A stretch of 64,000 bases of DNA from a virus, in the IMG/VR virus record IMGVR_UViG_3300039191_000589, positions 1-64,000 of that record; one strand, given 5' to 3'. Below, piece by piece: positions 8,923-18,555 of this stretch; the first letter of the stretch is position 1, and each line of letters opens with the position of its first letter. Made by a program: the position numbers and the translations under genes. Under the pieces are notes generated by a model, which ran no database searches, was not told the DNA's origin, and worked only from the letters and a program-made list of their open reading frames with translations.

Positions 8923-9210
8923 ATGTATAAAATAGTTATAGATAATTTATTAAAAGATAAATATTATATTAAATTAGTTAGTAAAAAAGGAACAAAAACA
9001 TATAATAGAGATTATGATATAGCAAGAATATTAGATATACCAGTAAATGAATATAGAGAAAAATTAAATAATTTTAGAAAAAGACCATATAAAAATAGCA
9101 AAAAAGAAAGTGATATTTTATTAGATTCATATAAAAAAGCACAACAAGCAAAAGAATGGATAGAATCAGTTTTAATATCTAGTAAAATGAAAAATGGAGA
9201 TATATCATGA
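8923..9210 (+). CDS. Family P protein
   Basis: DYDIARILDI...AQQAKEWIESVLISSK. Confidence 0.8.
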   Translation: MYKIVIDNLLKDKYYIKLVSKKGTKTYNRDYDIARILDIPVNEYREKLNNFRKRPYKNSKKESDILLDSYKKAQQAKEWIESVLISSKMKNGDIS

Positions 9211-9228
9211 TAAGAGGGGGATAGTATT

Positions 9229-9486
9229 ATGGCAAATAAAGAAAAAATAAATATATATAAAAATAGATGTTATGGTTATTTTATATCAATTGGGGAATTA
9301 ATAGAAGCTGAACAAATAGCAAATAAAATAGAATTAAAAAAGCAAGAATATTTAAAAAAAGTTAAAAAGGAATATGGTGGAATAAGCCCTCAAGGGTTTG
9401 TAGTATATTTTAATAATAAAAAGAATGCACAACAAGCAAAAAAATGGATAGAAAAAAGATATGTATTATATCAACTAACAAAATAA
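9229..9486 (+). CDS. Family P protein
   Basis: YFNNKKNAQQAKKWIEKRYVLYQL. Confidence 0.8.
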   Translation: MANKEKINIYKNRCYGYFISIGELIEAEQIANKIELKKQEYLKKVKKEYGGISPQGFVVYFNNKKNAQQAKKWIEKRYVLYQLTK

Positions 9487-9557
9487 ACGCTTCAATTTAT
9501 TGAAGCTAAAATCTTAGGTGGATCTTACCTAAGATTTTAATGAAAGGAGAATATAAT

Positions 9558-9833
9558 ATGATAAAAGCTGAAATAAGTAATACAATAGGAAGTAGTTATA
9601 TGCTTACTTTAAAAGATCATGATAAAAATAAAAGGTATGTAACAAATTCATCAATAACAGGATATTTAAATATGGAACAAGAAACATTTAATAAGCAAAT
9701 AAAAAAATATATGAATACTAAAAAATATAAGAAACACTTATCACTTATATTATTTAAAGATAAAAAACAAGCAAATAAAGCTAAAGAATGGTTGGAATCA
9801 ATATTATTAGCTAAAAAAATAAAGGGGGAATAA
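9558..9833 (+). CDS. Family P protein
   Basis: FKDKKQANKAKEWLESILLAKK; ATG 9558 after AAGGAG. Confidence 0.8.
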   Translation: MIKAEISNTIGSSYMLTLKDHDKNKRYVTNSSITGYLNMEQETFNKQIKKYMNTKKYKKHLSLILFKDKKQANKAKEWLESILLAKKIKGE

Positions 9834-9834
9834 T

Positions 9835-10116
9835 ATGGAATTTAAAGTAGTTAAAGCAATGGGAAGAAATAAAGATCATTATTATATAGCATTCCATGAT
9901 GGAGAGTTTTATATAGATAGTGATAGAAAAATAGCTGAAATAGTAAATTTACCTATAGAGCAATATATTTATAAATTAAAAAATAAATTTAATGCAACAA
10001 CTCTTGATTATGAATGTTTAGTATATTTTAAAAATAAGATTGAAGCAAAACAAGCAATGGAATGGTTAAGGTCAAGAATATTAATAAAAGAATTAAAAGG
10101 GGAGGGGAGGCAATAA
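9835..10116 (+). CDS. Family P protein
   Basis: DRKIAEIVNL...YFKNKIEAKQAMEWLRSRIL. Confidence 0.8.
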   Translation: MEFKVVKAMGRNKDHYYIAFHDGEFYIDSDRKIAEIVNLPIEQYIYKLKNKFNATTLDYECLVYFKNKIEAKQAMEWLRSRILIKELKGEGRQ

Positions 10117-10472
10117 TGATTAAATCAATACATGATACTAAATTAAAAATAAAAGTATTAGAATATACTAATAAATATAGTATAGCATTAATTAATAAAA
10201 AAACAGAGGGAATAAGTCTTGTAGATGATGATAATATAGCAAGGTATTTAAATATATCTTTAAAAGAATATCAAAGCTACTTAATAAACAAAGGAGGAAT
10301 TAAACAAAAAGAAAATATAGTTTTTTATAATAAAGAACAAGTAAATAGAGCAAAGGAAATAATAGAGTGGTTATTAATTACTAAAAAAGATCGTAAACAA
10401 AGATCTAGAAAAACAATAAAAATAGATGTAAGTAAAGCAATAAAAGAATTAAAAGAGGAAGGGTTAATATAA
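10116..10472 (+). CDS. Family P protein with C-terminal extension
   Basis: DDNIARYLNISLKEY...FYNKEQVNRAKEIIEW; ATG overlaps previous TAA after GGAGG. Confidence 0.75.
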   Translation: MIKSIHDTKLKIKVLEYTNKYSIALINKKTEGISLVDDDNIARYLNISLKEYQSYLINKGGIKQKENIVFYNKEQVNRAKEIIEWLLITKKDRKQRSRKTIKIDVSKAIKELKEEGLI

Positions 10473-10496
10473 TAAGAAATAAAGAGGGAGGATAAA

Positions 10497-10775
10497 ATGA
10501 AATTTAAAATTCATAAAAATTCTAAAGATATATATTTTATAAGGCCTAAAGAGGAAGGTAAAAAATATTTTAAATATATTATGCATAAGGATTTATCAAT
10601 TGCTAATTTATTAAATATAGAATTAAAAGAATATAAAAATAAAATTAAAGATAAATTTAATATAATACAATATAAAGGGGGAGGAATATTTTTTAAAACA
10701 AGGGACGAGGCTATTAAAGCTAAGGAATGGATAGAACAACAATATATATTAAATAGATTAAGAGGGGAGGGATAA
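10497..10775 (+). CDS. Family P protein
   Basis: DLSIANLLNIELKEY...FFKTRDEAIKAKEWIEQQYILNRL. Confidence 0.8.
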   Translation: MKFKIHKNSKDIYFIRPKEEGKKYFKYIMHKDLSIANLLNIELKEYKNKIKDKFNIIQYKGGGIFFKTRDEAIKAKEWIEQQYILNRLRGEG

Positions 10776-10780
10776 ATATA

Positions 10781-11071
10781 ATGGATATTAAAATAAAACA
10801 AAATAATGATAATTATTATTATATAAAAATAATTGTTGAAGAAGGAAATATGATAGAGAATGATTGATTTATAGCTAATTCAATAGGATTAGAATTAAAA
10901 GAATATACTAATATACTAAAAGAAAGATTTAATGCAATTGAACCTTATAAAGAATATCAATTATTTTTTAAAACTAAGATAGATATTAATAGATTTATAG
11001 AGTGGTTAGAAAGGCAATATGTATTACAAAAATTAATTAATACAAATAGTAATACAGATGTTAACATATAA
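10781..11071 (+). pseudogene. Family P gene with an in-frame TGA at 10865-10867 (absent from ORF track); pseudogene or TGA read-through
   Basis: MDIKIKQNNDNYYYIKIIVEEGNMIEND*FIANSIGLELKEY...FFKTKIDINRFIEWLERQYVLQKLINTNSNTDVNI; RBS GGAGGG. Confidence 0.75.
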
Positions 11072-11510
11072 TATAAACAATATATATTACAAGAATCAAT
11101 TAATACAAATAGTAATACAAGTGTTAACATATAACAAATTCCAATTAATAAAATTTTTGTATTATATTATAAAAAATCTATTTACAATTTAATTAAAGTA
11201 TGATATAATATAATAGAAGTTAATAAAAAATATATAAGACCAATTAATATAATGAGCTATTTATTAAAAAGGCGAATTAAACAATATATATTATAAGAAT
11301 TAATTAATACAATTAGTAATACAGATGTTAACATATAATATAAGCAATATATATTACAAAGATTAATTAATACAAATAGTAATACAAGTGTTAACATACA
11401 ATACAAATAATATATATTATAAGAATTAATTAATACAAATAGTAATACAGATGTTAACAAACAGTATATTACAAGAATTAATTAATACAAATAGTAATAC
11501 AGATATTAAC
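11015..11510 (+). repeat. Six copies of a ~57-bp unit, mostly 63-bp period, in two blocks (starts 11015, 11078; 11282, 11345, 11408, 11462)
   Basis: Consensus CAATATATATTACAAGAATTAATTAATACAAATAGTAATACAGATGTTAACATATAA; copy 1 is the 3' end of the 10781 gene. Confidence 0.85.
11181..11209 (+). promoter_or_regulatory. SigmaA-type promoter between the two repeat blocks
   Basis: TTTACA-17-TATAAT with TG. Confidence 0.7.
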
Positions 11511-11575
11511 TCGCCATAATAGATATAAGCTCAATTTAGATATAGGTCTATTTAATTAATATAAGGAGGTAATAT

Positions 11576-11875
11576 ATGAATAATAATAAAGTAACAATTA
11601 AAGTTAAAGAACATAATGGTAACTATTATATTGAATATAGAGAAGATAGTGATTTAACAAATTATGGGATAATAACTCAATGTTTACCAGCAATAGGAGT
11701 AGCTATAAATGAAGATAAAGATAAATTTATTAAAGATATTAATAATAAATTTAATTTAAAAATAGATGAAGATACTCATATTAATTATTTTAATAAAAAG
11801 GAAATTGCTAATAAAATTGCTAATTGGATAAGATCAAAATATATATTAAATAAAATGACTAATAAGGGGAGATAA
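11576..11875 (+). CDS. Family P protein
   Basis: YFNKKEIANKIANWIRSKYILNKM. Confidence 0.8.
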   Translation: MNNNKVTIKVKEHNGNYYIEYREDSDLTNYGIITQCLPAIGVAINEDKDKFIKDINNKFNLKIDEDTHINYFNKKEIANKIANWIRSKYILNKMTNKGR

Positions 11876-11876
11876 T

Positions 11877-12179
11877 ATGGGATCTAATAAGTCTAATAAA
11901 TCTAATAAAAAGATTATAGTAACGAGTGGAAAAAAAGATGGTTTATATTATATTAACATTAAAGGAGTAGGCGGAAAAAGAGAGACCTTTTTAGATCCTA
12001 ATTTAATTTCTATATTATGTGGTATTAAACAAAAAGAGTATAAGAAAATTTTAAATAATAAATTTAATGGAAAACATAAAGAACATAATATATGTTTTAA
12101 TAATAAAGAAAATTATAAACAATTTGCTGATTGGTTAGAATCATTAATAGTAGCTAAAAAAATAAATAAGGAGTGGTAA
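11877..12179 (+). CDS. Family P protein
   Basis: GIKQKEYKKIL..KFNG...FADWLESLIVAKK. Confidence 0.8.
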   Translation: MGSNKSNKSNKKIIVTSGKKDGLYYINIKGVGGKRETFLDPNLISILCGIKQKEYKKILNNKFNGKHKEHNICFNNKENYKQFADWLESLIVAKKINKEW

Positions 12180-12180
12180 T

Positions 12181-12483
12181 ATGGAATACCAAGTAAAACC
12201 TATAAAAATGCAATTATCAACATTTAGATTGAGAAAGAAAGTATATATAATAAAAGGGATTAAGGGAGGTAGTGAGGAAGCAACGTCGGATCATCAATTG
12301 TGTAAATTGGCTGGATTATCAATAAAGGATTATAGGGATTTAGCAATGGATAAATATGGAGCTAATAGAGAAAGAAAGATAGGGATATACTTTGATGATT
12401 ATAAACGGGCTAAAGAATTCGCTAAATGGATTGAAAGGGGAATATTAGCTACAAGATTAAGGGGTAAAGTAATAAAATGGTAA
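12181..12483 (+). CDS. Family P protein
   Basis: IYFDDYKRAKEFAKWIERGILATRL. Confidence 0.8.
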   Translation: MEYQVKPIKMQLSTFRLRKKVYIIKGIKGGSEEATSDHQLCKLAGLSIKDYRDLAMDKYGANRERKIGIYFDDYKRAKEFAKWIERGILATRLRGKVIKW

Positions 12484-12693
12484 TATTACAAAAGCTTTTT
12501 ATATTATAATAATAATTTTTTGTATAATAAAGCCTTTATATTACAATAAATTTTATGATATTTTGCTGAGATTCAACAATAGCATGGAATAGAGAGCTTT
12601 AGAAAGCTCAGAAGCGTCTCGTGCACGGCACTAGTAGTGTACAAGCCCCCTCCATAGAGTAAAAAGTCTAATTAGAGAAAATATAAAAAAATG

Positions 12694-12722
12694 TTTACAT
12701 GATAAACAAAAATTGATATAAT
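12694..12722 (+). promoter_or_regulatory. SigmaA-type promoter
   Basis: TTTACA-17-TATAAT. Confidence 0.7.
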
Positions 12723-12757
12723 ATAATTGTAACAAAATAAATATTAAAAGGGGGGAT

Positions 12758-13208
12758 GTGATGATAAAGCTAATTATATTAGTATATTTGATATTTGTTT
12801 TTTTAAATATTGCTACCTTTTCAATTCCATTAATAAAGAAATATTGTATTGGTTTAACATTAAAAAAAGAATATATATTAGATTTAATATTTGCAATATT
12901 AGTTCCTTTCCCATTAAATCTTAATCTTTGTAATTTTATAATTAGTAGGGTAGATAATTTTGTTTATTTAGATGTATTAAAAAGATTTAATATTAGAAAA
13001 TATTCTTTTTTAGATAAATTAGACAAACATTATAATGATCTTCCGTGGGGAACTATAAGTGAATATCAAAATTTACCTTTTAAAATAGCTAAAAAATATA
13101 AAGATAAAATTAATTGGGAAATATTAATAAAAAATTATAGGGGGCAATAAAGATGAATTAGAAAAAATTGAATCATATTATATATTAAATAAATTAAAGG
13201 GGGAATAA
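12758..13208 (+). CDS. Membrane protein, paralog of the 13528 gene; frameshifted at a G5 run (13140-13144)
   Basis: Track ORF ends at 13150; removing one G restores RGNKDELEKIESYYILNKLKGE*, matching SGNKEELKKIESYYILNKL in the paralog. Confidence 0.7.
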
Positions 13209-13210
13209 TA

Positions 13211-13531
13211 ATGAGTTATAATTTTCAAACTTTTGAAGTAGAAAATTCTAAAAAAAATGAATATAAAATAAAAATGAATAGTTTTGAGGGAAGTCACTTT
13301 TTATATGCTGAGAGTAAAAATAATAGACTTGAAAAAGATGATGAAATAGCAAAAATTTTAAATATGACTTTAGAGGAATATCATCAAAAATTAATTAATG
13401 ATTTTAATGGAGTTAAAAAAGAATGGGGAAATGAAATATTGGTTAATTTTAAAAATAAAGCTAATGCTATGAAAGCAATTGCTTGGGCCCAATCAAGATA
13501 TGTTGGTCTTAAATTAGGTGGTCAAATGTGA
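13211..13531 (+). CDS. Family P protein
   Basis: DDEIAKILNMTLEEY...FKNKANAMKAIAWAQSRY. Confidence 0.8.
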   Translation: MSYNFQTFEVENSKKNEYKIKMNSFEGSHFLYAESKNNRLEKDDEIAKILNMTLEEYHQKLINDFNGVKKEWGNEILVNFKNKANAMKAIAWAQSRYVGLKLGGQM

Positions 13532-14106
13532 TTAAAACATATTGTATAATGATAAGCTTTCTTTATATAGCAGGGATATTGACAACAAATCTTATTTTTT
13601 ATTTAAGAAATAATGAGATAAAAAAAATGTGAGTAATAATGAAAGATAAATATAAAAGAAAAATATTAAAAAAAAGATTTATTCCTTTTCCTCTTAGCAC
13701 ATCTTTTTTAGATGAATTATCAATAACTCAAACTATGATAATGGGGGGAATGTTACATCAATATTATAGTGATGATAAATATAGAAAACAAGTTATTGAA
13801 ATATTAAAAAGATTTAAATTAAAAGATAAATATTTAGGTAATTTTAAATATAAAATAAATTGGAAACAGATATGTAAATATCAAGATCTATCTTTAGCAT
13901 ATGTAAAAAAATATAAAAAATATATATATTGGAAAGTTCTTTTAAAAAATTATAGTGGTAATAAAGAGGAATTAAAAAAGATTGAGTCATATTATATATT
14001 AAATAAATTAAATAATGATATTAATGACGAACCTAATGATGAAGATGAATATATAATTAAATCATTATTAAAAACAGTAGAAAATTTTAAAGTAGGAAGA
14101 TATTAA
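13528..14106 (+). CDS. Membrane protein with in-frame TGA at 13630-13632 (track calls only 13639-14106)
   Basis: GTG 13528 with AGGTGG RBS gives MIKTYCIMISFLYIAGILTTNLIFYLRNNEIKKM*VIMKDKY..., in frame; hydrophobic N-terminus parallels paralog 12758. Confidence 0.65.
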
Positions 14107-14219
14107 TGTATTTCTTCGTATGATTCAAAAAGTGCAGCCATAAATATATTATAATAAATATATAAAAGAGGTGATTTTTTTAACAAAAAATTTAAATTAT
14201 TTTAAAAAGGTTTTATAAT

Positions 14220-14274
14220 TAGATATTAACTCTCCAGGCAAGCTGTCGAGTTAATATCTAGAGCGAAGCTCTAG
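14220..14274. other. Overlapping hairpins including a GCGAAGC mini-hairpin
   Basis: TAGATATTAACTC...GAGTTAATATCTA (13-bp stem) and CTAGAGC-GAA-GCTCTAG. Confidence 0.6.
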
Positions 14275-14311
14275 GTTACAAGTAAGTTGTTACTAAAAAA
14301 TAGTTAAAAGG

Positions 14312-14749
14312 GTGATGTTAATGGAAGTAGATAAGTTAGTAAATAAAATACACAACGGATTAAAGTTTAATAAAATGATAAATATTTCTAAAGATACTAT
14401 AGAAGAAATCTTATTACTAAGAGAAAAAATTATTAACCAAAAGAATATTGATAATTTAATTGATAATAATAAAGATTACTTACATTTATCTCCAAACCAA
14501 ATCTATATTGATTTAGACTTTTCTAATATAAAAAAAGATTTAATAGAACATTATAAAAATGCTGATATTAAAGATTGTAATAGTATAATAACAATTTATT
14601 TAGATAATTTTAAGTTTTCTGTTAATAGTATTGGTGAAATAACTGTTATTGAATATAATATATCTAAAAAAGAGTTATTTAATGAGATTAAAACTATTGA
14701 GTCAATCTTTCAAAAATATTGTAATAATTTTAAAATAAAAGCTAAATAA
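14312..14749 (+). CDS. Hypothetical protein (start may be 14321)
   Basis: Open frame, RBS AGGGTGA. Confidence 0.65.
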   Translation: MMLMEVDKLVNKIHNGLKFNKMINISKDTIEEILLLREKIINQKNIDNLIDNNKDYLHLSPNQIYIDLDFSNIKKDLIEHYKNADIKDCNSIITIYLDNFKFSVNSIGEITVIEYNISKKELFNEIKTIESIFQKYCNNFKIKAK

Positions 14750-14760
14750 AGGAGGTAATT

Positions 14761-15036
14761 ATGAAAGATGTAGATTTTGAGATTGAAAAGAATTGTTCTC
14801 GATATTTAGAAAATTATATAATAATAGGAAAATCATTTAATAAATATTATTATGATAAAGGGACTGCTAAATTATTAAATATTTTTATTGATGATTATAA
14901 AACTATAATGAAAAATAAATTTAATGCTAAATTATCAAGTTATAATCAAGTATTTTTTAAAACTAAAAAAGATGCTAAAAAAGCATTAGAATGGATAGAA
15001 AGTAAATATTTAATAATAAAATTAAAGAGAGGATAA
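14761..15036 (+). CDS. Family P protein
   Basis: KFNAK...FFKTKKDAKKALEWIESKYLIIKL. Confidence 0.8.
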   Translation: MKDVDFEIEKNCSRYLENYIIIGKSFNKYYYDKGTAKLLNIFIDDYKTIMKNKFNAKLSSYNQVFFKTKKDAKKALEWIESKYLIIKLKRG

Positions 15037-15041
15037 TAAAA

Positions 15042-15362
15042 ATGATATATAATGGTGTTGAATTTACTTTAGATGATATTAGTTTTAAAATAGTAAAATA
15101 TGGAGAATTAACAAAAAAACAAAACATTAGATATGGTATTAGAGCTAATATTAGTGAATCATTATCAATTAATGATTATAATATTGTTAAATATTTATTA
15201 GATATGTCGCTTATGGATTATAGGTGGTATCTAGTGGATAATTTTGATGGTCAAGGTGATATACATGGTGATGTATATTTTAGGTGTAAGAGTGATGCCA
15301 GAGATGCTTTAGAATGGGTACAATCTAATTTTATTATAAAAAAATTAAAAAAGGGGAAATAA
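15042..15362 (+). CDS. Family P protein
   Basis: YFRCKSDARDALEWVQSNFIIKKL. Confidence 0.8.
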   Translation: MIYNGVEFTLDDISFKIVKYGELTKKQNIRYGIRANISESLSINDYNIVKYLLDMSLMDYRWYLVDNFDGQGDIHGDVYFRCKSDARDALEWVQSNFIIKKLKKGK

Positions 15363-15364
15363 AA

Positions 15365-15691
15365 ATGAAAAAAATTTTAATATTTTCATGTATTATATTA
15401 TTATTATCTCCAATATGTGTAGCTAAGGAAAATACTTCAAATTTTATTCTTGTTAATTTAGATGGTACTTATATTAAAATTACCCCACAAAATTTACATT
15501 ATATTGGTATTTATGGATCTAAAAATGATTATTACATAATGTTAAAAATTCTTTATTATAATACTAGAAATAATCAACAATATATGAAATATTGTAGTAA
15601 AAAATTTAAAAATAAATATGAAGCTGAAAGTCGTTTGCAAATTATTATTAATAAAATTAATAAAGCATTTAATACAACAATAATTAAATAA
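15365..15691 (+). CDS. Exported protein with predicted signal peptide
   Basis: MKK + hydrophobic stretch + CVA; partial FKNKYEA motif. Confidence 0.7.
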   Translation: MKKILIFSCIILLLSPICVAKENTSNFILVNLDGTYIKITPQNLHYIGIYGSKNDYYIMLKILYYNTRNNQQYMKYCSKKFKNKYEAESRLQIIINKINKAFNTTIIK

Positions 15692-15705
15692 AAAGGAGGG
15701 GTTAC

Positions 15706-15957
15706 ATGAAGTTTAATGTTATTTTAAAAGAGAAAAATTATAATTATGAAGTAAAATTAGATATTGATAAAGAAGCATTTAAAGTGTTAGATTATATTGA
15801 TCAAGAATATGGAATTTCATTTGGGGAAGTTTTTATGGAAAAATTTTCTTGTGGTTGGGATGATGGTAGTTTTATTTTTCAAAATAAAGAAAAAGCTCAA
15901 AAAGCAAAACAATGGTTAGAAAATCAAGCAATGATATTTAAGATGGTTGATAAGTAA
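15706..15957 (+). CDS. Family P protein
   Basis: FQNKEKAQKAKQWLENQAMIFKM. Confidence 0.8.
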   Translation: MKFNVILKEKNYNYEVKLDIDKEAFKVLDYIDQEYGISFGEVFMEKFSCGWDDGSFIFQNKEKAQKAKQWLENQAMIFKMVDK

Positions 15958-15976
15958 AAAAAGGGGGGAATTAATA

Positions 15977-16243
15977 TTGGATTATTATATACTTGGTAAA
16001 GATGAATATGGTTATAGAGTTATGATAAATTATAAATATGAGGATTATAAAATTATTCATATAATTCAAGATTGTTTTTGGTCAAGAAAATATAAACAAT
16101 ATTGTATGGATGAATTAAATGCTAAAATTAAAAAAAGAGAAAATGGAAGAAAAGTAATTTATTTTAATAATGAAAAACAAGTAAAAAAAGCTAAAGAATG
16201 GTTGGAATCACAAGTATTAATGAAAAAAATGAGAATAAAATAA
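15977..16243 (+). CDS. Family P protein
   Basis: YFNNEKQVKKAKEWLESQVLMKKM; TTG 15977 after AAGGGGGG. Confidence 0.75.
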   Translation: MDYYILGKDEYGYRVMINYKYEDYKIIHIIQDCFWSRKYKQYCMDELNAKIKKRENGRKVIYFNNEKQVKKAKEWLESQVLMKKMRIK

Positions 16244-16260
16244 AAGGAGAAGAATAAATT

Positions 16261-16536
16261 GTGAATTATAAAAATTGTTATATTATAACTAAAAGTAATA
16301 AAGGATTTTTAATTTTAATAAAAAATGAATTTTTATATCATAAACATGTACGTATTTTAATTAATATACTTCAATCGAAACAATATAAAAAATATTGTAT
16401 AAATGAATTAAATGCTATTAGTAAAATAGTTGATCCTGATTTTGATAAAAAAAGAATTTATTTTAAAACTAAAAAACATGCTATAAAAGCTAAGGAATGG
16501 TTAGAGTCAAAATTAATGATAGAATTAATGAGGTGA
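16261..16536 (+). CDS. Family P protein
   Basis: YFKTKKHAIKAKEWLESKLM. Confidence 0.8.
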   Translation: MNYKNCYIITKSNKGFLILIKNEFLYHKHVRILINILQSKQYKKYCINELNAISKIVDPDFDKKRIYFKTKKHAIKAKEWLESKLMIELMR

Positions 16537-16540
16537 TATA

Positions 16541-16843
16541 ATGAAAATTGGAGGGATTTCAGTTAAGTTAAATGAAATAAAAATAATATGTCAAGAGGTA
16601 GATAATAATATTTATGCTTTAAATATTTTATTAAATGATAAATATTGTGCTGATTTTGATTTAGCTATAATGAAAAGAATATTAGGTATATCGAAAAAAG
16701 AATTAAGTAATATTATTAAGGGACGTTTTAATGGTAAACAAAAGTATAAATATAGTAATATATACTTTAATACTAAAGAGGATGCCCAGGGTGCACGTGA
16801 ATGGTTTAGATCACAATTATTAATGAAACAACTAGGGAGGTAG
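16541..16843 (+). CDS. Family P protein
   Basis: YFNTKEDAQGAREWFRSQLLMKQL. Confidence 0.8.
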   Translation: MKIGGISVKLNEIKIICQEVDNNIYALNILLNDKYCADFDLAIMKRILGISKKELSNIIKGRFNGKQKYKYSNIYFNTKEDAQGAREWFRSQLLMKQLGR

Positions 16844-16850
16844 TAATAAT

Positions 16851-17114
16851 ATGAATAAATATGAAATTGAATATATAAAAAATTATTCTTCTGGTCATTA
16901 TTTTGTATGTTTAGAAAAAAGCAATGTTAAAGGTAAAAGATTTTTTCCATATGAAATTTGTGATATTTCTAAAAAGGAATATAGAAAAATATTAAAAGAA
17001 GAATTTAATGCTGTAAAGTGGGGAGGTCTTATGGCTTTTAAAAATAAGAATGATGCCAAAGAAATTGAAGATTGGTTAGATTCTTTATTATTGGCCAAAA
17101 CAATGGAGGGGTAA
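16851..17114 (+). CDS. Family P protein
   Basis: FKNKNDAKEIEDWLDSLLLAK. Confidence 0.8.
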   Translation: MNKYEIEYIKNYSSGHYFVCLEKSNVKGKRFFPYEICDISKKEYRKILKEEFNAVKWGGLMAFKNKNDAKEIEDWLDSLLLAKTMEG

Positions 17115-17115
17115 A

Positions 17116-17403
17116 ATGGAACAATATTATACTATTCATTATAACCAATCTAAAAAAGGCTATACTCTTTTAATAAAAGGAGATAATATTAGTCAATATA
17201 GGGATTTACATAAAACACTTAGATCAAAAAGGTATCATAAATATGCTATAGATAAATTAAATGGTAAATTAATTACAATTAAAAAAGATCATGATATAAC
17301 AATAGATAGAATATACTTTAAAACTAAAAAAAATGCTAAAGAGGCTATAAAGTGGTTAAATTCATTATTATTATCATTAAAATTAGGAGGTAATGAGAAT
17401 TAA
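17116..17403 (+). CDS. Family P protein
   Basis: YFKTKKNAKEAIKWLNSLLLSLKL. Confidence 0.8.
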   Translation: MEQYYTIHYNQSKKGYTLLIKGDNISQYRDLHKTLRSKRYHKYAIDKLNGKLITIKKDHDITIDRIYFKTKKNAKEAIKWLNSLLLSLKLGGNEN

Positions 17404-17689
17404 AGTTATTATTTTTAATAAAAGTGGTAATAGAGCATTAATAATAAAAAATGCCCCAGGAAATTATTGTGTAACTGATAAACAAGTTGCTCATCAATTA
17501 ACAATAACTACAAAAGAATATCAACAAAAATTATTAAATGATTATAATGGTATTTTAGAAAATGAATTTTGGGTATCTAATAGTACTAATGTTATTTTTA
17601 AAACTGAAGAAGATGCTATAAAAGCAAAAGAGTGGTTAGAAAGTCAAGCAATAATAAGTAAAATGGGGGAAAATAATGGAATCATATAA
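17393..17689 (+). CDS. Family P protein
   Basis: FKTEEDAIKAKEWLESQAIISKM. Confidence 0.8.
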   Translation: MRIKVIIFNKSGNRALIIKNAPGNYCVTDKQVAHQLTITTKEYQQKLLNDYNGILENEFWVSNSTNVIFKTEEDAIKAKEWLESQAIISKMGENNGII

Positions 17690-17993
17690 AAATTCTTATG
17701 AGGTTATGATTGAACCAATTAATAATAAATATAGAATTTGTATAGCAGAATGGGGAGATAAATTTCCTAGTGGAGCTAAGGGTGGCCCTTTACATTTAGG
17801 AATGGATTTATATTTTTTATTAAATATTAAATCTAATATTATTTATAATAAATTAATAAAAGAACTTGATGGTAAAGAAACTAATGACGATAATATAATA
17901 TTTCCATCAAGAAAAAAAGCTCAACAAGCTAAAATATGGGTTGAAGCTCAATTGATTCTTACAAAATTAGGTGATACAAATGATAAAATATAA
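17676..17993 (+). CDS. Family P protein
   Basis: FPSRKKAQQAKIWVEAQLILTKL. Confidence 0.8.
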   Translation: MESYKNSYEVMIEPINNKYRICIAEWGDKFPSGAKGGPLHLGMDLYFLLNIKSNIIYNKLIKELDGKETNDDNIIFPSRKKAQQAKIWVEAQLILTKLGDTNDKI

Positions 17994-18300
17994 TTATAAT
18001 ATAAGAATAATAGGGGGAAGCCATTTAGAATATGAAATAATTATAGAAGAAATAAGAGAATTAAAATATAAAGATCTTAATAATAATGATAAAATTAAAA
18101 GAAAGAAACAAAAATTTCCTCCTTGGAGTTTTTATAATATTTTAAATATTAGTGAAGATAAATATAAACATAAAATAAAACAAAAGGGTTTTGTTAGTAG
18201 AGGGCCTATGGATACTATGGAATTTATTGATAAAAAAGATGCTATAAAAGTAAAAAAATTATTAGAATCATTATTATTAATGAATAAAATAGAGGAGTGA
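17980..18300 (+). CDS. Family P protein
   Basis: FIDKKDAIKVKKLLESLLLMNKI; ATG 17980 after AGGTGA. Confidence 0.75.
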   Translation: MIKYNYNIRIIGGSHLEYEIIIEEIRELKYKDLNNNDKIKRKKQKFPPWSFYNILNISEDKYKHKIKQKGFVSRGPMDTMEFIDKKDAIKVKKLLESLLLMNKIEE

Positions 18301-18539
18301 AAATAATGGAAAATGACTTTGATTTAAAAGATATTTATAATATTGTAATTGAACCTGAACATTCTAAAAATACCTTAAAAAAAATAATGAAAAATAAAAA
18401 TTTAGATTTAATTACTACTTTAAACATTTTAATTACAAAAGATTATAATAAATTTAATATATCTAAAGAAGAATATAAAGAGCTTAAACATTATTTTTTA
18501 ATTTTTATTAATAGTGAAGGTAATTTAAATAAATTATAA
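18297..18539 (+). CDS. Hypothetical protein (start may be 18306)
   Basis: Open frame in operon, RBS GAGGAG. Confidence 0.6.
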   Translation: MKIMENDFDLKDIYNIVIEPEHSKNTLKKIMKNKNLDLITTLNILITKDYNKFNISKEEYKELKHYFLIFINSEGNLNKL

Positions 18540-18555
18540 AAAAGATGGTGATAAT

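Noticed and set aside
11257-11460. Minus-strand 67-aa repetitive hydrophobic ORF
   Set aside because: Antisense translation of the 63-bp repeats; no RBS
11015-11510. CRISPR array
   Set aside because: Units are near-tandem with no unique spacers, derive from a coding 3' end, and no cas genes are in the window
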